A stretch of DNA of 63,826 nt, counting the filler, from Phoronis australis (lineage: Eukaryota > Animalia > Phoronida): the NCBI GenBank assembly GCA_002633005.1. It is 8 parts of 8 records of this genome, joined end to end, with 100 filler letters (N's around TTAATTAATTAA, not from the genome) between each part and the next. Parts side by side here need not be neighbours in the genome. Positions count along the whole stretch, not along the records: positions 16,265 to 30,361 come from NMRA01001074.1; positions 30,462 to 45,088 come from NMRA01001210.1; 6 more parts are not named here. The stretch is one strand, 5' to 3'. This document shows, piece by piece, positions 25,145 to 38,239 of the stretch (position 1 is the first letter of the stretch; each line of letters begins with the position of its first letter). A program made the translations under genes and the position numbers. The notes under the pieces were generated by a model, which worked only from the letters and a program-made list of their open reading frames with translations, was not told where the DNA came from and searched no databases.

Positions 25145-27019
25145 GTATTCGGAAAATGAAAATTTTCAAACATTTCAGTAACACCAAATAAACGGACGGC
25201 CGTTTATTTGGAAAGGGGACTTGTAAACGGAAAGTCATATCGCAGAAAATTTTGATGAAATTCAGCCAGTTTAGGGCACACTTTATTGCCCCAATTTCAT
25301 TGCCCTTCTCTTATTCCGAATCTAATGCACCTTGTACGAGCTATTGTCCAGCTCAGCAGAAGATAACTGGTTTTCAGAGTATTACTTTCTCAGGTCAAGA
25401 TGTCATTCCCAACTGTTGCTATTATGATGGAACAATTGACTTACATACTATATAGGGTAGAGCATTGTGATTTCTTGTGAATAACTTCACCAGGAAGTAT
25501 GTGCTTTTAGTCTAAATTTCTGCAAATTTCCAGTACTCAGAACAGGTTCATGTTTTCTGAAAATAGAGATTGTATAATTTTCTACTCATCACAAATCTGC
25601 ATTCACATGAACATGTTTTCTTTTACTAAAATTTAGCAAAGAAAAAATGTTGCAGGAAAGCATTATCAGCAAGGCTAAATCTCATTTCACGTAAAATTTC
25701 ATGAACAGATCTCAAAATCAGTTTTCAAAATGTTCTTTTTATTTCATGCAGCTTTTAAAATGAAAACCGATATTTTCATAAAAATCATTAATTAAAGCCT
25801 CAATTTTGGACGGTATCTTATTCAAAAACAAGCCCGTTTAGTCTGAAGAACAAGGTCAATAGCATAGTGTTCGTTTTATTTGAGTCTGATAAGCTGTTTT
25901 TGAGATACCATGTTGGCAAAATTTCGAAATTTCATCACTCATGGCCATAAAGTAAGACACCAACTTTTAGCCTGGAGGTAAAAGTTAATATCGAGATTAA
26001 GTACAGCATGAACAGCTAAAACCATTAAAATGGGCTGGCAAATTTGCATTAAAAATTTACCGCTTAAAAATCGAAGTGATGTGACATTCAAATGCCAATC
26101 ACAAAAGAAAGACACAAAGTTGTTAGTTTTAAAATATTTTATTCAAAGTAAAACGTTTTTACGAACATAACACACTTCTTGAGCAAAAGTGAGGTTTATG
26201 ATAATATAACAGAGTCAAAATATTGCTTTCAAATCACAGTGAAGACAGGATATACACGAAGTAATAGAAATGTAACACTGATTAAAATCCCTTCTTAATA
26301 TGGACATAAGAAAAAGCGGAAAAGCAAATATTCGCAGGCTATATAAGATGCTGAACCTGTCCAAAGCGACCAGGCACCAGTGTCACACAGCATAAAAATA
26401 AGATTTGTATTAGGCCTGCTGTGCAGTTGCTAACTACCGTGTATCACACTATGTACTACAAGAAGAACTTCATACGGAAACTTGCATGTCCATTATATAT
26501 CTATGAAATAAAAATGAAATATTTACAAAAACACCACAGAGCACAACTATAAGGAAGGGTATCCACGGTCCCTCTGGAATAACAATACCGCAAAATATCA
26601 TACAAGATATACAACACCGAGTACACAAATTATGTAAGCAACTTAGTCTACAAAACATGATTGCCAGTAAGAAGACCTGGATAAGCACCATATCAAATTT
26701 GTTCAACGAATATTCTATAGCTAATCAGAAGGACAAATAACATTTGTGTTTGCGACGTCAGGAAAACATGGACTCACACCTACTCAGTAAATGCAGTTAA
26801 GCCCAGAACTGTAGTTAATGTAAATATTGAATGATCTATGGGTCTGAGTTTGAACCGTAGAAGCGTGTTTTCATGACGAAATTTTAGGACGTTTGTTAGG
26901 TACTTTTGAGTGAAATAAGGTTTAACGAAATGGTATTTCACTCTTTAAATATATTTATGTGAGCATATGGACCCGTCTTACTCCTTTCCTCCCTCATTTC
27001 GATCTATTCCATTATTCCT

Positions 27020-27420
27020 TGTGTAGGACTACACGTCGTTTTCCCAGCTTTCGTATTGGTCTGTTGCTAACCCGTGCCTTGAGTTTGGTCAGCTATTGGC
27101 TCTCATAGGCTGATGATTGTCACGTATCCTTGGGCGTTTTCTTTGCTATTGCAACCTCGTTTTCAGTTCACCTTTGTTCCGGACACACTGTTGTACGTTC
27201 CAAAACTTATTAATTTTTCCCACCCTCTACCACCCCTTTTCGTTCTTTCGTACTTCCACGTGGCCGGCGTTTTTTTATTGCCCATCTTACCAGAGATTAT
27301 CATTTTTTATTTTTATTAACTATATTCACTATATTTACTTGTAATGCTATTCGTCATAATAAATGACCTTATATCGCCTACCTCGGTCTCCTTTTCATCT
27401 CTGGAAACGAGCTTGCGACG
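27020..27420 (+). mobile_element. Possible solo LTR; distant inverted relative at about 30895-31370
   Basis: Starts TGT. The block CGTCATAATAAATGAC followed by a pyrimidine tract is shared with the reverse complement of about 30910-30975. Confidence 0.3.
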
Positions 27421-28169
27421 CACGTATCATTTATCCATTATTCGGGACATATGTCGATCATAAATGAAAATTTCCAAAATTTTGAAATCGTAAATTAATA
27501 TCCTTGTGTTAAAATAATTCAGACACTACTGGTAACTGAGATAATCGTTTCGCCTAAACGTGCGGAATTACCCTCACTAATGTTATAGTGACGTGCTTTC
27601 TAAAACATGCCACAGTCATACTGTTTACTGTGTAGGAGCTCCAGGGTTCCAGAACTCTGATAACAAAGCCTGTCCAGTGCCTATTGTTTCATGTTCATTA
27701 ACTGTTGGAGTAGTAATTCTGTCACTGCTAACGTTCACTACTGTGTCTTTGGGAAGGAACATGGGCTACAGTGAATCGATGTCGGTATCTACTCTTTGAA
27801 AGATTCGTGTAATATCCTGGGCATCTGCATCAAGACATACCTTACCTTTTTATGTGAATAGGTTTGAGTACAAGATGCAATGTTATCGCTCCCCATCTCT
27901 CCATGACCTATTTCAATCTAGCAGGACAAGTGGCAACTTGTGCCCAAAGCTTAAGAGTCTCTTCCTCCTGGAGGGCAATTCCGTGCTATGCCCCCCATTA
28001 CTGTGTCCATTACTCATGAATTTGGTCTCCATAAACTGAACGCTCCAAGCCCCATTCCAGCATTCAACCAGTTCATTAATCTAATCTGCAGGTTTTCCGT
28101 GGTTTGTGTGAGTAGCAAAATAGGCAATATCTGATTGGAATTGAAGGTCTCTGGCTGATGAGCAAACAC

Positions 28170-29228
28170 CACACAAACTATTTTCTCATTTCGTCTTTAA
28201 AAAAGAGATTCTAAAACTTTATCGTACTGAAACCTGCGAACAGGTTTCATTGAATTTATTGTAACTATCCTCTTGAGTGTCATACAGAGGTTGTAAGTAT
28301 TGGTAGAATTTTGAATTATGGCAGCTGTAATTTGTGTAGATTATCAATTATGCATGTTCATGATTACCATTACCATGAAAACATGATATATGATATGAAA
28401 ATAACTTACATGTTATTCCCGTAAGGAAGTTATGAACAGAAACAGTATTTCGAATACTGGAGCCTTTCTTTGTATAAACTATGCAAATTTATCATGCAAG
28501 AACTTGCAAACTAATTTCATTAAATCATTAATTTGCCACAGAAACCTGGGTGTTAATATAATTTAACTGTGGCGCCTGATACTTTAGTTATATGCATAAG
28601 TAGAATTTTGAATAATGGCGGTCTTAATTTGCATATATTATGCAAATTTACGATGTATCCACCAGCAAACGAGCTCCATTAAATTCATTGACTACGGAAG
28701 CACAGGTTAAAACATTAAAATAACCCGTCTGCATGCTTGTTAAGAACGAATAATGATGGACTTAATTTGTATTAATTACGCAAATCTATTACACAACAGC
28801 TTGATTTTATTAAACTAATTAACCATAAGATCATATTAGGTGCAAATATCATGATAGTTCACCCGTGGTGCCTGGTACCGTAGCTATAAGAGCAAGTAAA
28901 ATTTTGAATAATGGCGTCCTTAATTAGCATAAATTATGCAATTATGCAAATTCATGACGTATCCCCAAAACTTGCACAATTAAATTCACTGACCATGGAA
29001 ACATGGATGAAAACATCAAAATAATCTGCCTGCAGGAGTTGGTATGGAATAACCAAAAATGTAAAGTTGCATAATACTGGCGGCCTTAATTTGCATATTT
29101 AAAAAATGCTCAAAGGATGCAAACGGCCACCCTCCTAAATCATGATTACCTATGAATAAGCTACATAAAACAGCAAAGAAAAAACTTTATCCATCAAATC
29201 CAGGTTCAGCCCCCTGGCTTCTTGACTA
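28170..29228. mobile_element. Non-autonomous DNA element with about 297-bp internal tandem units and an Academ-like ...CTA end
   Basis: AGAATTTTGAATAATGGCG..TTAATTTGCAT recurs at about 28305, 28602 and 28898. Ends AAAAAACTTTATCC...CTTGACTA. Confidence 0.5.
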
Positions 29229-29689
29229 ATAAATTTGCGATTTTTTTTAATGTTATTAGTTGGTTGCAGAAACACTTCATTTTAAATATGTATTTCAGGT
29301 TAAGCGGATCACAGCTGGTATATTAAGAATGACACCACCAACAGCATTAACTTAGAAGTACATAGTGGAACGTGTGTGAGCTTTCGCTCAGATGGTGAAC
29401 TTAACACTGCAATAGTATTAAAGGTCCACTTCATTCTGTTACCAAATTCTTGGGTTTTGGTTTTTTAACTTTCTTAGTATGTTCTGTAATTGTTACATAA
29501 TCAGCAAAGCAAGTAAAATATAAGCGCAAAATTGAAGTTATTAATGAGATGTAAATGCTTGATTTTTTGATGTCTACACTGCATTTTTTCAAAAATTGAC
29601 TGAAGTTTGCTTTGTTAAACAAAATGATTTCTCCTTCATTGTTGGAGACCAACAGGTACAGGAAGCTGCACCATAGTTCATGTAGGGAT

Positions 29690-30361
29690 AAATGATGTAG
29701 CCAAGAGACGCCACCTAATGGCGACCAATGGTGTAACCAAGAAACGCGCCACCTGATGGTGACAAATGATGTAACCAAGAAACGCGCCACCTGATGGCGA
29801 CAAATGATGTAGCCAAGAAACGCCATCTGATGGCGACAAATGATGTAGCCAACAGACACCACCTGTTGGCGACAAATGATGTAGCTAAGAGACACCACTT
29901 GTTGGCAACAAATGATGTCACCAGCAGACACGACCTGATGGTGCCAAATGTTGTAGCCAAGAGACATCGCCTGATGGCGACAAATGATGTAGCCAAGAGA
30001 CATCACCTGATGGCGACAAATGATGTGGCCAAGAGACACCGTCTGATGGCGACAAATGATGTAGCCAAGAGACATCACCTGATGGCGACAAATGATGTCG
30101 CCAACAGACACTGCCTGAAGATGTAGTCATGAGACACCACCTGAAGTCGAAAAGTGATGTCGCTAAGAGACACCACCTGATGACGGCAAATGATGTAGCC
30201 AAGAGACATCGCCTGATGGCGACAAATGATGTCGCCAACAGACACTGCCTGATGATGTAGTCATGAGACACCACCTGAAGTCGAAAAATGATGTCGCTAA
30301 GAGACACCACCTGATGACGGCAAATGATGTAGCCAAGAGACGCCACCTGATGGCGACAAAT
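29690..30361. repeat. 36-bp minisatellite (TGATGGCGACAAATGATGTAGCCAAGAGACACCACC)
   Basis: About 18 diverged tandem units running into a gap. This explains the repetitive ORFs in several frames. Confidence 0.95.
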
Positions 30362-30461
30362 NNNNNNNNNNNNNNNNNNNNNNNNNNNNNNNNNNNNNNN
30401 NNNNNTTAATTAATTAANNNNNNNNNNNNNNNNNNNNNNNNNNNNNNNNNNNNNNNNNNNN

Positions 30462-30533
<72 letters not shown>

Positions 30534-30830
30534 GTTTATATGCAGATGTGGGGTTATTATTTGAAACCTTGAAGTGGGGTAAAATTTTGAGACCTTGTTC
30601 CGGGGTATATATAAAATATATAGCTCGCAACTATACATGCCCCATGGGGTATATACCCCGGAACAATATATATCACGAAACTATATATACCTCACTAGGT
30701 ATATGCCCCACTACAATATATAGCCCGCAAGTATATATGTCCCGTTAGGTGTACATGTATACAATATATAGCCCGCAACTTAATATGTCCCATTACATAT
30801 ATGCCCCAGTACATTATAAATCCCGGTTTT
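30462..30830. repeat. (TA)n followed by about 30-bp AT-rich tandem units (TATATAGCCCGCAACT-like), possibly a MULE/foldback arm
   Basis: Directly visible tandem units after the TA run. Confidence 0.6.
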
Positions 30831-31599
30831 CCACTGTTCTTAAAATCCACCCAATATACAAGCTCCCCAACTACATTTTTTTATCGTAATCTATTTTGCC
30901 CGGGGTACGCCACGAACTATGTTGCAGAGTAAAACAAGAGGAGGATTGGGAATATTTGTCATTTATTATGACGTAATAGAGAAAACTAACTAAGACTCTG
31001 CAAGATGGGCATGCAGAAAAAGCCCACTGGCGTGTACAATGAATAGCCCTGCAAGAGGGAACAAAACCAAAGAACTGCCTGAAGGGCTTAAAGGAAAAGT
31101 ACAGAACATGAACGCAAAACCTGAAAAAACCTAACAGGAAGTGTATACGAGCAAAGAGAAAGTGGAACCGCCACCCGGGATGGGGGATGGGGAAAAATGA
31201 AGAGAACGAACGTAGGTCTTGCAGACGACGAGGTAGGTGGCTGAATGAGAGACCACGTTGAACAGAACAAAGGAAATATGGGCGACCAATCAGGAGTCGC
31301 GTAGAGAAACGTATGAATACAAAAGTAAGCCCTAGAGGCTATAAATAGAGATGAGTAATGCAAAATAAACCCTAAGGACTGGTCTCAAAATAAAGAGACA
31401 AGTGTCAAAATAATGACGATAAATGCATTTAACAAGCTAAATTTAATAAATGTGTCACATTCGGTTAAAGTCTTTATGTGCCAAAATACACTCCTCCAAA
31501 GACCACTTTAACTTAATGTATGCGTCCACAACAGATTTTACCACTTTCAAACTTAGAAATGTATGATGCTTTTATTATATGTTTATTATTCTGAAACGT

Positions 31600-32950
31600 G
31601 AGCAGATGACGTTGTCTGTGTCAGGCTCTACGGTGTAAGTTGATACATGTACCTTTCATAAAAATACACTTCTACAAATACGTTGACACCATTTTGAATA
31701 ACATTTTTGTTGAATTCGCCAACAAAAACTCTCACAGATGAACATTTAATCATTTGTTGATCTTGCACATAGTGAACTATGATTACCCAAATTATCTTTA
31801 AAATCAAATGATGGACACCAAAAATAGAGGATACATATACATCCATAGGAACAATGCTTGTGATATGCATGCACAAACAGTTTCATCTTGCGCATCTTAG
31901 CAGACTTCCAGTCACCACAATTTTAGAATCCGACTATCTTAGTAACAATTACCACTAAAAATGTAATTAAAAAATTGACAGTTTTAGATTAAACGTTGTT
32001 TTCTTTCTTCATACAAAATCTCTTATACATAGTGACTACAATTCTCAATAACTCAAAGCAGTTATTTTTAAAGATGTTTCAACTGCAAAAACTGCAATGC
32101 CATTTGCCGGACGGGTATTGTCTAATTAACAAAACTCAGGTTCTGAAAGGCTGTGTTTGAAGTGATGATGGTGATGATGAACACCCTAAGGAACGAAGGT
32201 GGCACTATATACAGTAGCTTAAGACACAAAAACATCATTAAAATATTCATTGTCACTATCATTAGTAAGAGCAGATCCTGGTAACCTCGCTACGCCATTA
32301 TCAAATGTCCTGTTATCATCACTTTGAGCATCACAGACAGATCCCAATGACTCTTTTTCCCACCTCGATGGAGTCTGTCGTATAGTCATCATCGCTCTCA
32401 ACATCATGGCATAGTTTGGAAATTTTTTCTTTATCTTAAAAGTTTCCAGACTTCATACTCTTGTTGACATTAATTCAGTGTATCGCCTGAAAATACAGTG
32501 GAGGTTTTTAAACATACATTTTGCTATGATAAAAGTTTGAAGATTGGACAGGAAGTTCTTTTTCATAATAAATGCATTGTGAAAGCTCATATAAAACAGC
32601 TTTTGTTACAGTGTCTAAGACTTAATTTTAGGGAATTGCATGCTTTTTTGCATATTTTATTAAACTTAGGCCTGACAGGTATCTGCTTAGTTTTTACACA
32701 CAATTTACTTAGGGTAGAACTGTAATCATTTGACAGGTATCCTTGAACACACTGCAAAAGCTGTCATTCTTGTGAGGTATATATTTAGTTATGGAATCTT
32801 TAGTTATACTTTACGCGTATGTGTTGTTCATATGGTGAATATTTGTCACCAGTGGAGCATGTATTTAGTTATGAGGTTTGCAAATTAGAGCGACCATTTT
32901 TTGTTGTCGCACTAAGGACTGGAGGTAAAACTGGAGCTTCAGATCATGGA
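31600..32950 (-). mobile_element. Degenerate MULE-like transposase remnant (SWIM- and PHD-like Cys traces)
   Basis: F..V.RIP.Q SWIM-like trace at about 32730-32770 and CARS..MFICESFC.R..KC PHD-like trace at about 31690-31780. Heavily mutated. Confidence 0.3.
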
Positions 32951-34316
32951 CGTGGATCCTACATTCTTACTAAAATACACTATTTTACACAAACAAAATA
33001 ATACAACATTAACAATTATAATAATAACAACACTTTTGTGATTTCTTTGTAATTCAAATTTGTTAGGGGTGTCCCCTTTAGCATCCCTGAAGGTCGATAG
33101 TCTAAAGGGGAGTTAGTCGGAAAGACGTTTTAGGAGCAGTGGCCTTTTTATAGGTTTTTGGTCTCAAGACCAAAGGACTTTTATTCTAAAGAGTGTTAAC
33201 CTGAAAAAATTGTGCTTTGTTTGTTTGTGAAAATTTTAATTGGCATCAATCTTGAAAGAGCTGTAATTACTAAAAACTTGAACCCCTATCTCGCCTTTTG
33301 GTCCTTGGTGGGTGGACTTTTCACACAGTTGCCATGAAATTCTCTAAAGCATATGTCGCGCTTGGCCATTTAGCTGACTTTCAAGAGTTTCAAATTCTTC
33401 CGAACTTTTCAGTGTAGTCGAGAGTTTCAGGCCGTTATTTTGGTCCAAAAAATGGATAGTAAAGTCGTTTTTGTATTTGGTGATAAGTCAAAACCGAGTC
33501 TGCCTTCCTTTTGATTTTCTGAAGTGTCTTTGGTCGGAAGGGCCTTTGGTCTGATTGTCCCACTGAGCATTACATCTTGCAATAAACTTATTAGCAAGCA
33601 TGAACGAGTGCCAGGTAACCATATTGCCATGACCATGATTGGTGGGTGGCAGGGCTTTGATGGCAAGAGAAAAATGACGAAAGAGGCGTGGATCTTCAAA
33701 ACAAAGTTTTTATCATTTGCATTTATAATAATTCTTAATTGTGCTAAAATGTACTAAAACAGCAATCTTCTATAAGCTCTGTTGTAATGTCAACACCCAG
33801 ATCACTTTCAGACTGACAGTCCTTCGACCTAAATTTCCTTTGCACTAGAGACTATCAAAGGTCCTTCGGAATACAGGATCGACCAACCCCATCTCAGCAC
33901 ATTTCGTATAGACATCACAAAACAATAAAGAAACAATAGCTGAAAAGGTATCACCATATGTTTGACATCAGCAAGAAATAAATTTTGAATTTACAAAGAT
34001 ATTGGGTGATGAAATTTGTAATATGTACAGTTATTGCTATGTATGAATTATGGTTTAAAATGTTTTTTCATCTAAAATAAGTAGTCTAATTGTAATTTCA
34101 TCTCTCTATTCTCGTTAGGTGTTTCATAATTCATGATGTGTTTGTAAATTATTTAAAGTCGTTTGATATTGTTTTTTGAAGAATTTTTGACTGTTTTAAT
34201 TGAGAGATAGTTCAATTTTTACACTTGGTTAGTATTGATTTATTTTTTAGCTATCTAGAATAAAACAAATGTTAAACAGATCATTCATGAATGTGTTTTA
34301 TTTAACTCTCTTTTAA

Positions 34317-35942
34317 AGGAGCATGCCACTCAAAAAACAACTTAATTTCTATCAATTTAGATCGAGTAGTTCTACTCCATAACGAAGCGTACGGTTGCGT
34401 TACCTGACACCTGACGGCAGACGGAGGTGTTGAAATTATCCAATGACGTCATCGGTTTCACACGCAGTCTGTTCAGCAGTTCACAACACGGGTTACTGGT
34501 GTCAGCTTATCGTTTGAAGTCATCGTTTAACATCAATAAATCATCAAACTTTGATATAAAACCCTTAAAAATACACCGAGTTCTTACAAAAACGTGTTGT
34601 TTTATTTCGCTCTTACGGATTTATTGGTATTTGGACACACCGTAGCCTACAAAGTTCGGGAGGCCAATAAGGTCCGTAGCAGGAGTTTGGGGTGTGTTCG
34701 GAGATAATTTTGAAGTATTTTCCGTGAGATACAGACAGGAGAACCTAGATCTGCGTTGTTTAGACTTGTGATTTTTGGAATTCTAAACACAAAAAGCTTG
34801 TTATCCTGGCCAGTGGCTCGGAGCCCGATTAGGCCCGTCGCGGCCGGCCGAATTGAGTGACTCGTTATCACGGTCAGTGGCTCGGAAAGACATCACGAAC
34901 ATAAACCTAAGTTCAGTGGAAACTAAACTTCCGGTCAAGAAAATAGTATATTAGTGAGTCAAAGTAATGTGCATGTGATTATGTTGGTGAATTAACCCCG
35001 AAACTGCAAATCTACTTACTCGTCGGGGGCGCGAATTCAGGTTCCACTTTGGCCACAGCACAGTCAGGGCAGAAGTTATACATTGGCAATCATTATTTGA
35101 GTAATGTAAATGTAAATAAAGATTCCCCTAAAACCTGGCTGTGGAATGGAAATCGAGTTGTTTCACAACAGTTTCTGCCAGCAAACAGTAAATTAGCATG
35201 AGCTCACACGGCCTCGGTGTCCCGTCAATTAGTTTTATTGCACCTAAAGCTGGTAACGCAGTGATTTATTCATTGCGGGCTTCCCAAATCATTTGCACTC
35301 ACGAACACTCCAAAGGCATTACAAATTGCATCTAATGAAGCAGACTTTGTTACAGTTTTATATAAGTATTGGTTAGGGTGAGAATAAATCATTTTGAACG
35401 CTCAGTAATAAACGCCAACATGGCAACTCGCAATCCCGACTTAGGACGAGCTACAGCTCATCAGTCCCGACTTCGCAGGTGGATCGTTAAATTTTACAGG
35501 CTATCAATTCGAACAGGAATATAGTGATGGAGAAATACTAGAGAGGCGCCGTGAACAAGCTCAGACAACGGAACGTATGCGGAGTTCTTTGGTAAGCAGG
35601 CATTCGTGAGGCACTGTCAACGTCTGCAGGTCACAGACACGGAGATGTTTCACGGCCTCATACTCGCTATTTACAGCATACATTTCATTTTTCACTACCA
35701 CGAGCCACTTCCTGAGCATTTCGGACTCTCGGGGAAGTAAAAAAACGATATACCCGCTTTCCTCGCAGCTGCTTAGTTCGAACAAGCGAGAACAATGCAC
35801 CGCAACATAGTGGCATTCACTCTGCATATGAACCATTGACGGCGCAAGCGTCGTTTCTCACCTTCCTCACAGGTTAACACGACACCTGTTGGCAAGGTAA
35901 GGTCGACCGTATGCGAGGCGATGTGGATATAGACCGATTAAA
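34317..35942. mobile_element. Kolobok-type non-autonomous element, copy A (THAP start on -, YQFEP-type second-gene start on +)
   Basis: TTAA+AGGAGCATGCCAC terminus. Minus-strand THAP remnant GYIVFLLPRESEMLRKWLVVVKN..LRVC (35570-35836) and plus-strand GYQFEQEYSDGEILERR (about 35500-35550). Inverted copy at 54114-55485. Confidence 0.75.
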
Positions 35943-36118
35943 GTCATATGATCCGTTTGTAGACGTTTTAAAAACATCGTGAATCTGCATAAAAACCATT
36001 GAAACATACTCTCTGACACTTAATTAGAACTTTTCGTAACTATGGGGTCGATCTGCTGTCTGTACATATTTTTTCTTTTATTTTTTATTTTCTTAAAATC
36101 TGCGTGATCAAAACAAAN

Positions 36119-36900
36119 TTGTGACCCAAGACGACCTGAACACGATACTTACAGAAGTAGAAGCTGTCATCAATAATCGCCCGCTTACTTACGTACGTGA
36201 CAAGCAATGCCGACGACTTGCTCCACTTGACACCGTCGCACCTGTTATATGGGCGAGCGATCAACACTCTACCTCCTGAACCATTTGAAGACAGCACAAT
36301 TCTGGATCCTGATTTCATAGTTACAACGCCCCAATTGAATCGACGCTTACGACATATGCATGTGCTATTTGACAACTTCTGGAAACGTTGGAGAAATGAA
36401 TATTTACCTTTTCTACGGGAAACACATTCAAGAACAAAACAACACGGAAGAACGTTTGACAACTACTTCAAGGTTGGAGATGTTGTATTAGTACACACTG
36501 ATAACGTCAAGCGCGTCTCTTGGCCATTAGCTATTGTAAAGGAATTACATTACGGAGCTGATGGACTAGTTTGATCTGCAACTATCACTACCAGCAAAGG
36601 CAAATCCACAAGCAGACCGATCACAAAACTTTATCCATTGGAAGTTAGGACTACTACAGAAGAACTACGAGAGCCAATTAACGACATTACTCTTCGAAAA
36701 GTACGTAATGCTGCGAGGAAAGCATTAGACAACATAAAAGCAATCCATTATATGGAAAACGCTAAAAATTCTGGCTAAATATTCAGCTTTCTTGCGGCGC
36801 GGGAGTGTCATGAAATCCGTGACATTCATGATATAAATATATATTACTTAGTACGTTAGTCTGATAGTATTATTGATATTATTTCTTTGCTAGTCAATTG
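36119..36900 (+). mobile_element. Bel/Pao LTR retrotransposon 3' end (integrase C-terminus + DUF5641, PPT, start of LTR at 36806)
   Basis: EVEAVINNRPLTY..LTPSHLLYG..FWKRWRNEYL..VGDVVLV..WPLA..GADGLV*S..RPITKLYPLE, with a frameshift near 36190 and TGA at 36572. PPT GCGGCGCGGGAG is followed by TGTCA. Confidence 0.9.
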
Positions 36901-36959
36901 TTTGTGTTTATAGGTGGCTTGGGCTGACAGGGTCTGAGCAGCCATAGTCCACAATAACT

Positions 36960-37260
36960 TTGGCGTGAACACAACACCAAGATACTTGTAGCTGGCATTG
37001 AAATCACTTCGAGTTTTTCACCTCCAAAATATCACATCTCGCAATTTCTAAACACCATAACTGTGGTCTTCACTAAATTTACAGACACGCTCCATTCCTG
37101 GCAGAACTTATTTAAAGCACACAGTAGTTTTTGCAGTTTAACTGGAGATTAAGTACACAAAGCCATATCATCAGCATATCCCAAAACTTTCACATCGGAA
37201 ACATTTTGACATAGAAGAATACCATTGTCATTACTAGAATGGATACATCCTACAAAGTCA
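36960..37260 (-). mobile_element. LINE (L2/CR1/RTE-X-like) RT remnant
   Basis: KVLGYADDMAL (YADD at 37167-37178), followed by LQKLL..LNKFCQEWSVSVNLVKTTVMVFR. Confidence 0.75.
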
Positions 37261-38239
37261 TTAGGTTTTTAAATAATCACCATGAACTCCAATAACAAAC
37301 TTTCAAAGACAAGTGACTGTGTAGACTCGATCCGACACGTGCTCTATAATGAAACCTTGGACAAATGTAGTATTGAAACAAATGCTCAAATTTTACATAA
37401 TGTTAAACTCGATAGTTGTTTTTTTTGTAAGTTGCATAGAAAATTAATTGTGCCACAATAACAATTTACATGTTTGACACTTCTTCACGCGATGTGACCA
37501 ACATATGACCTGTGTGAAGACATATGAATACAGTGCCTTCAACAATTTGCTTCTCAATATAAATGAGCTTCCCAGGTTGTACACGTGCGTCTGTTGATGT
37601 TAATTTTGCTTTTAAGACTCGTTTTAATAGGTTAAATATAAAACTCGCGCATACAGTTGTACAAATTTACTTTACTATTTAGACAGATTTATAGCAACAC
37701 TTTACACATCACTTTTGGCTATGGATATTCTCATGCTACGACCGGTAGGGTTCGCGTTAATCACGGGCGGGCAGAGCCTGATAGTGGAAAGCAAGTCGAG
37801 TTCCTGAATCGAAAGTTGACAGACAGGAAACAAAAAACACCGACCTATCCGTTTGAGAGACCACGACCCCTAAGGCAAATCTCTGTTCACGAATCAAGAC
37901 TGACGGACGACCTGCATCGAACTTCGTCGTAGCCCCCATGCGGTTTAGTTTTTGAAAGTTTCCATTCATATGCAATGCCCTCGAAGATCTCTCCTGTTTA
38001 TTCACTGCAAGATGACATGTGGCACGATTTTCCATTGAGAACACTCTTTTGGTATTCAGTATCTCTAAAAGGCGAGTTTATTGATCTGGATTGTGTAATG
38101 ACGTGGTTACCTGGTTGTTGCACTTCGATGACTTGGTGTGCTCGTAGTTCATTGGAAAGCGCAATAACCCCTCCTGAGAAGTAATAGCATGACCCTTGAA
38201 TGTTTCCCTTTGAGTGGGTTGGCCTGCTGTTTCAGATTG

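Noticed and set aside
29431-30346. Long repetitive ORFs (MATNDVAKRHHL)n and a CRISPR-like 36-bp periodicity
   Set aside because: It is a head-to-tail minisatellite with no unique spacers and no cas genes. The ORFs arise because the unit length is a multiple of 3.
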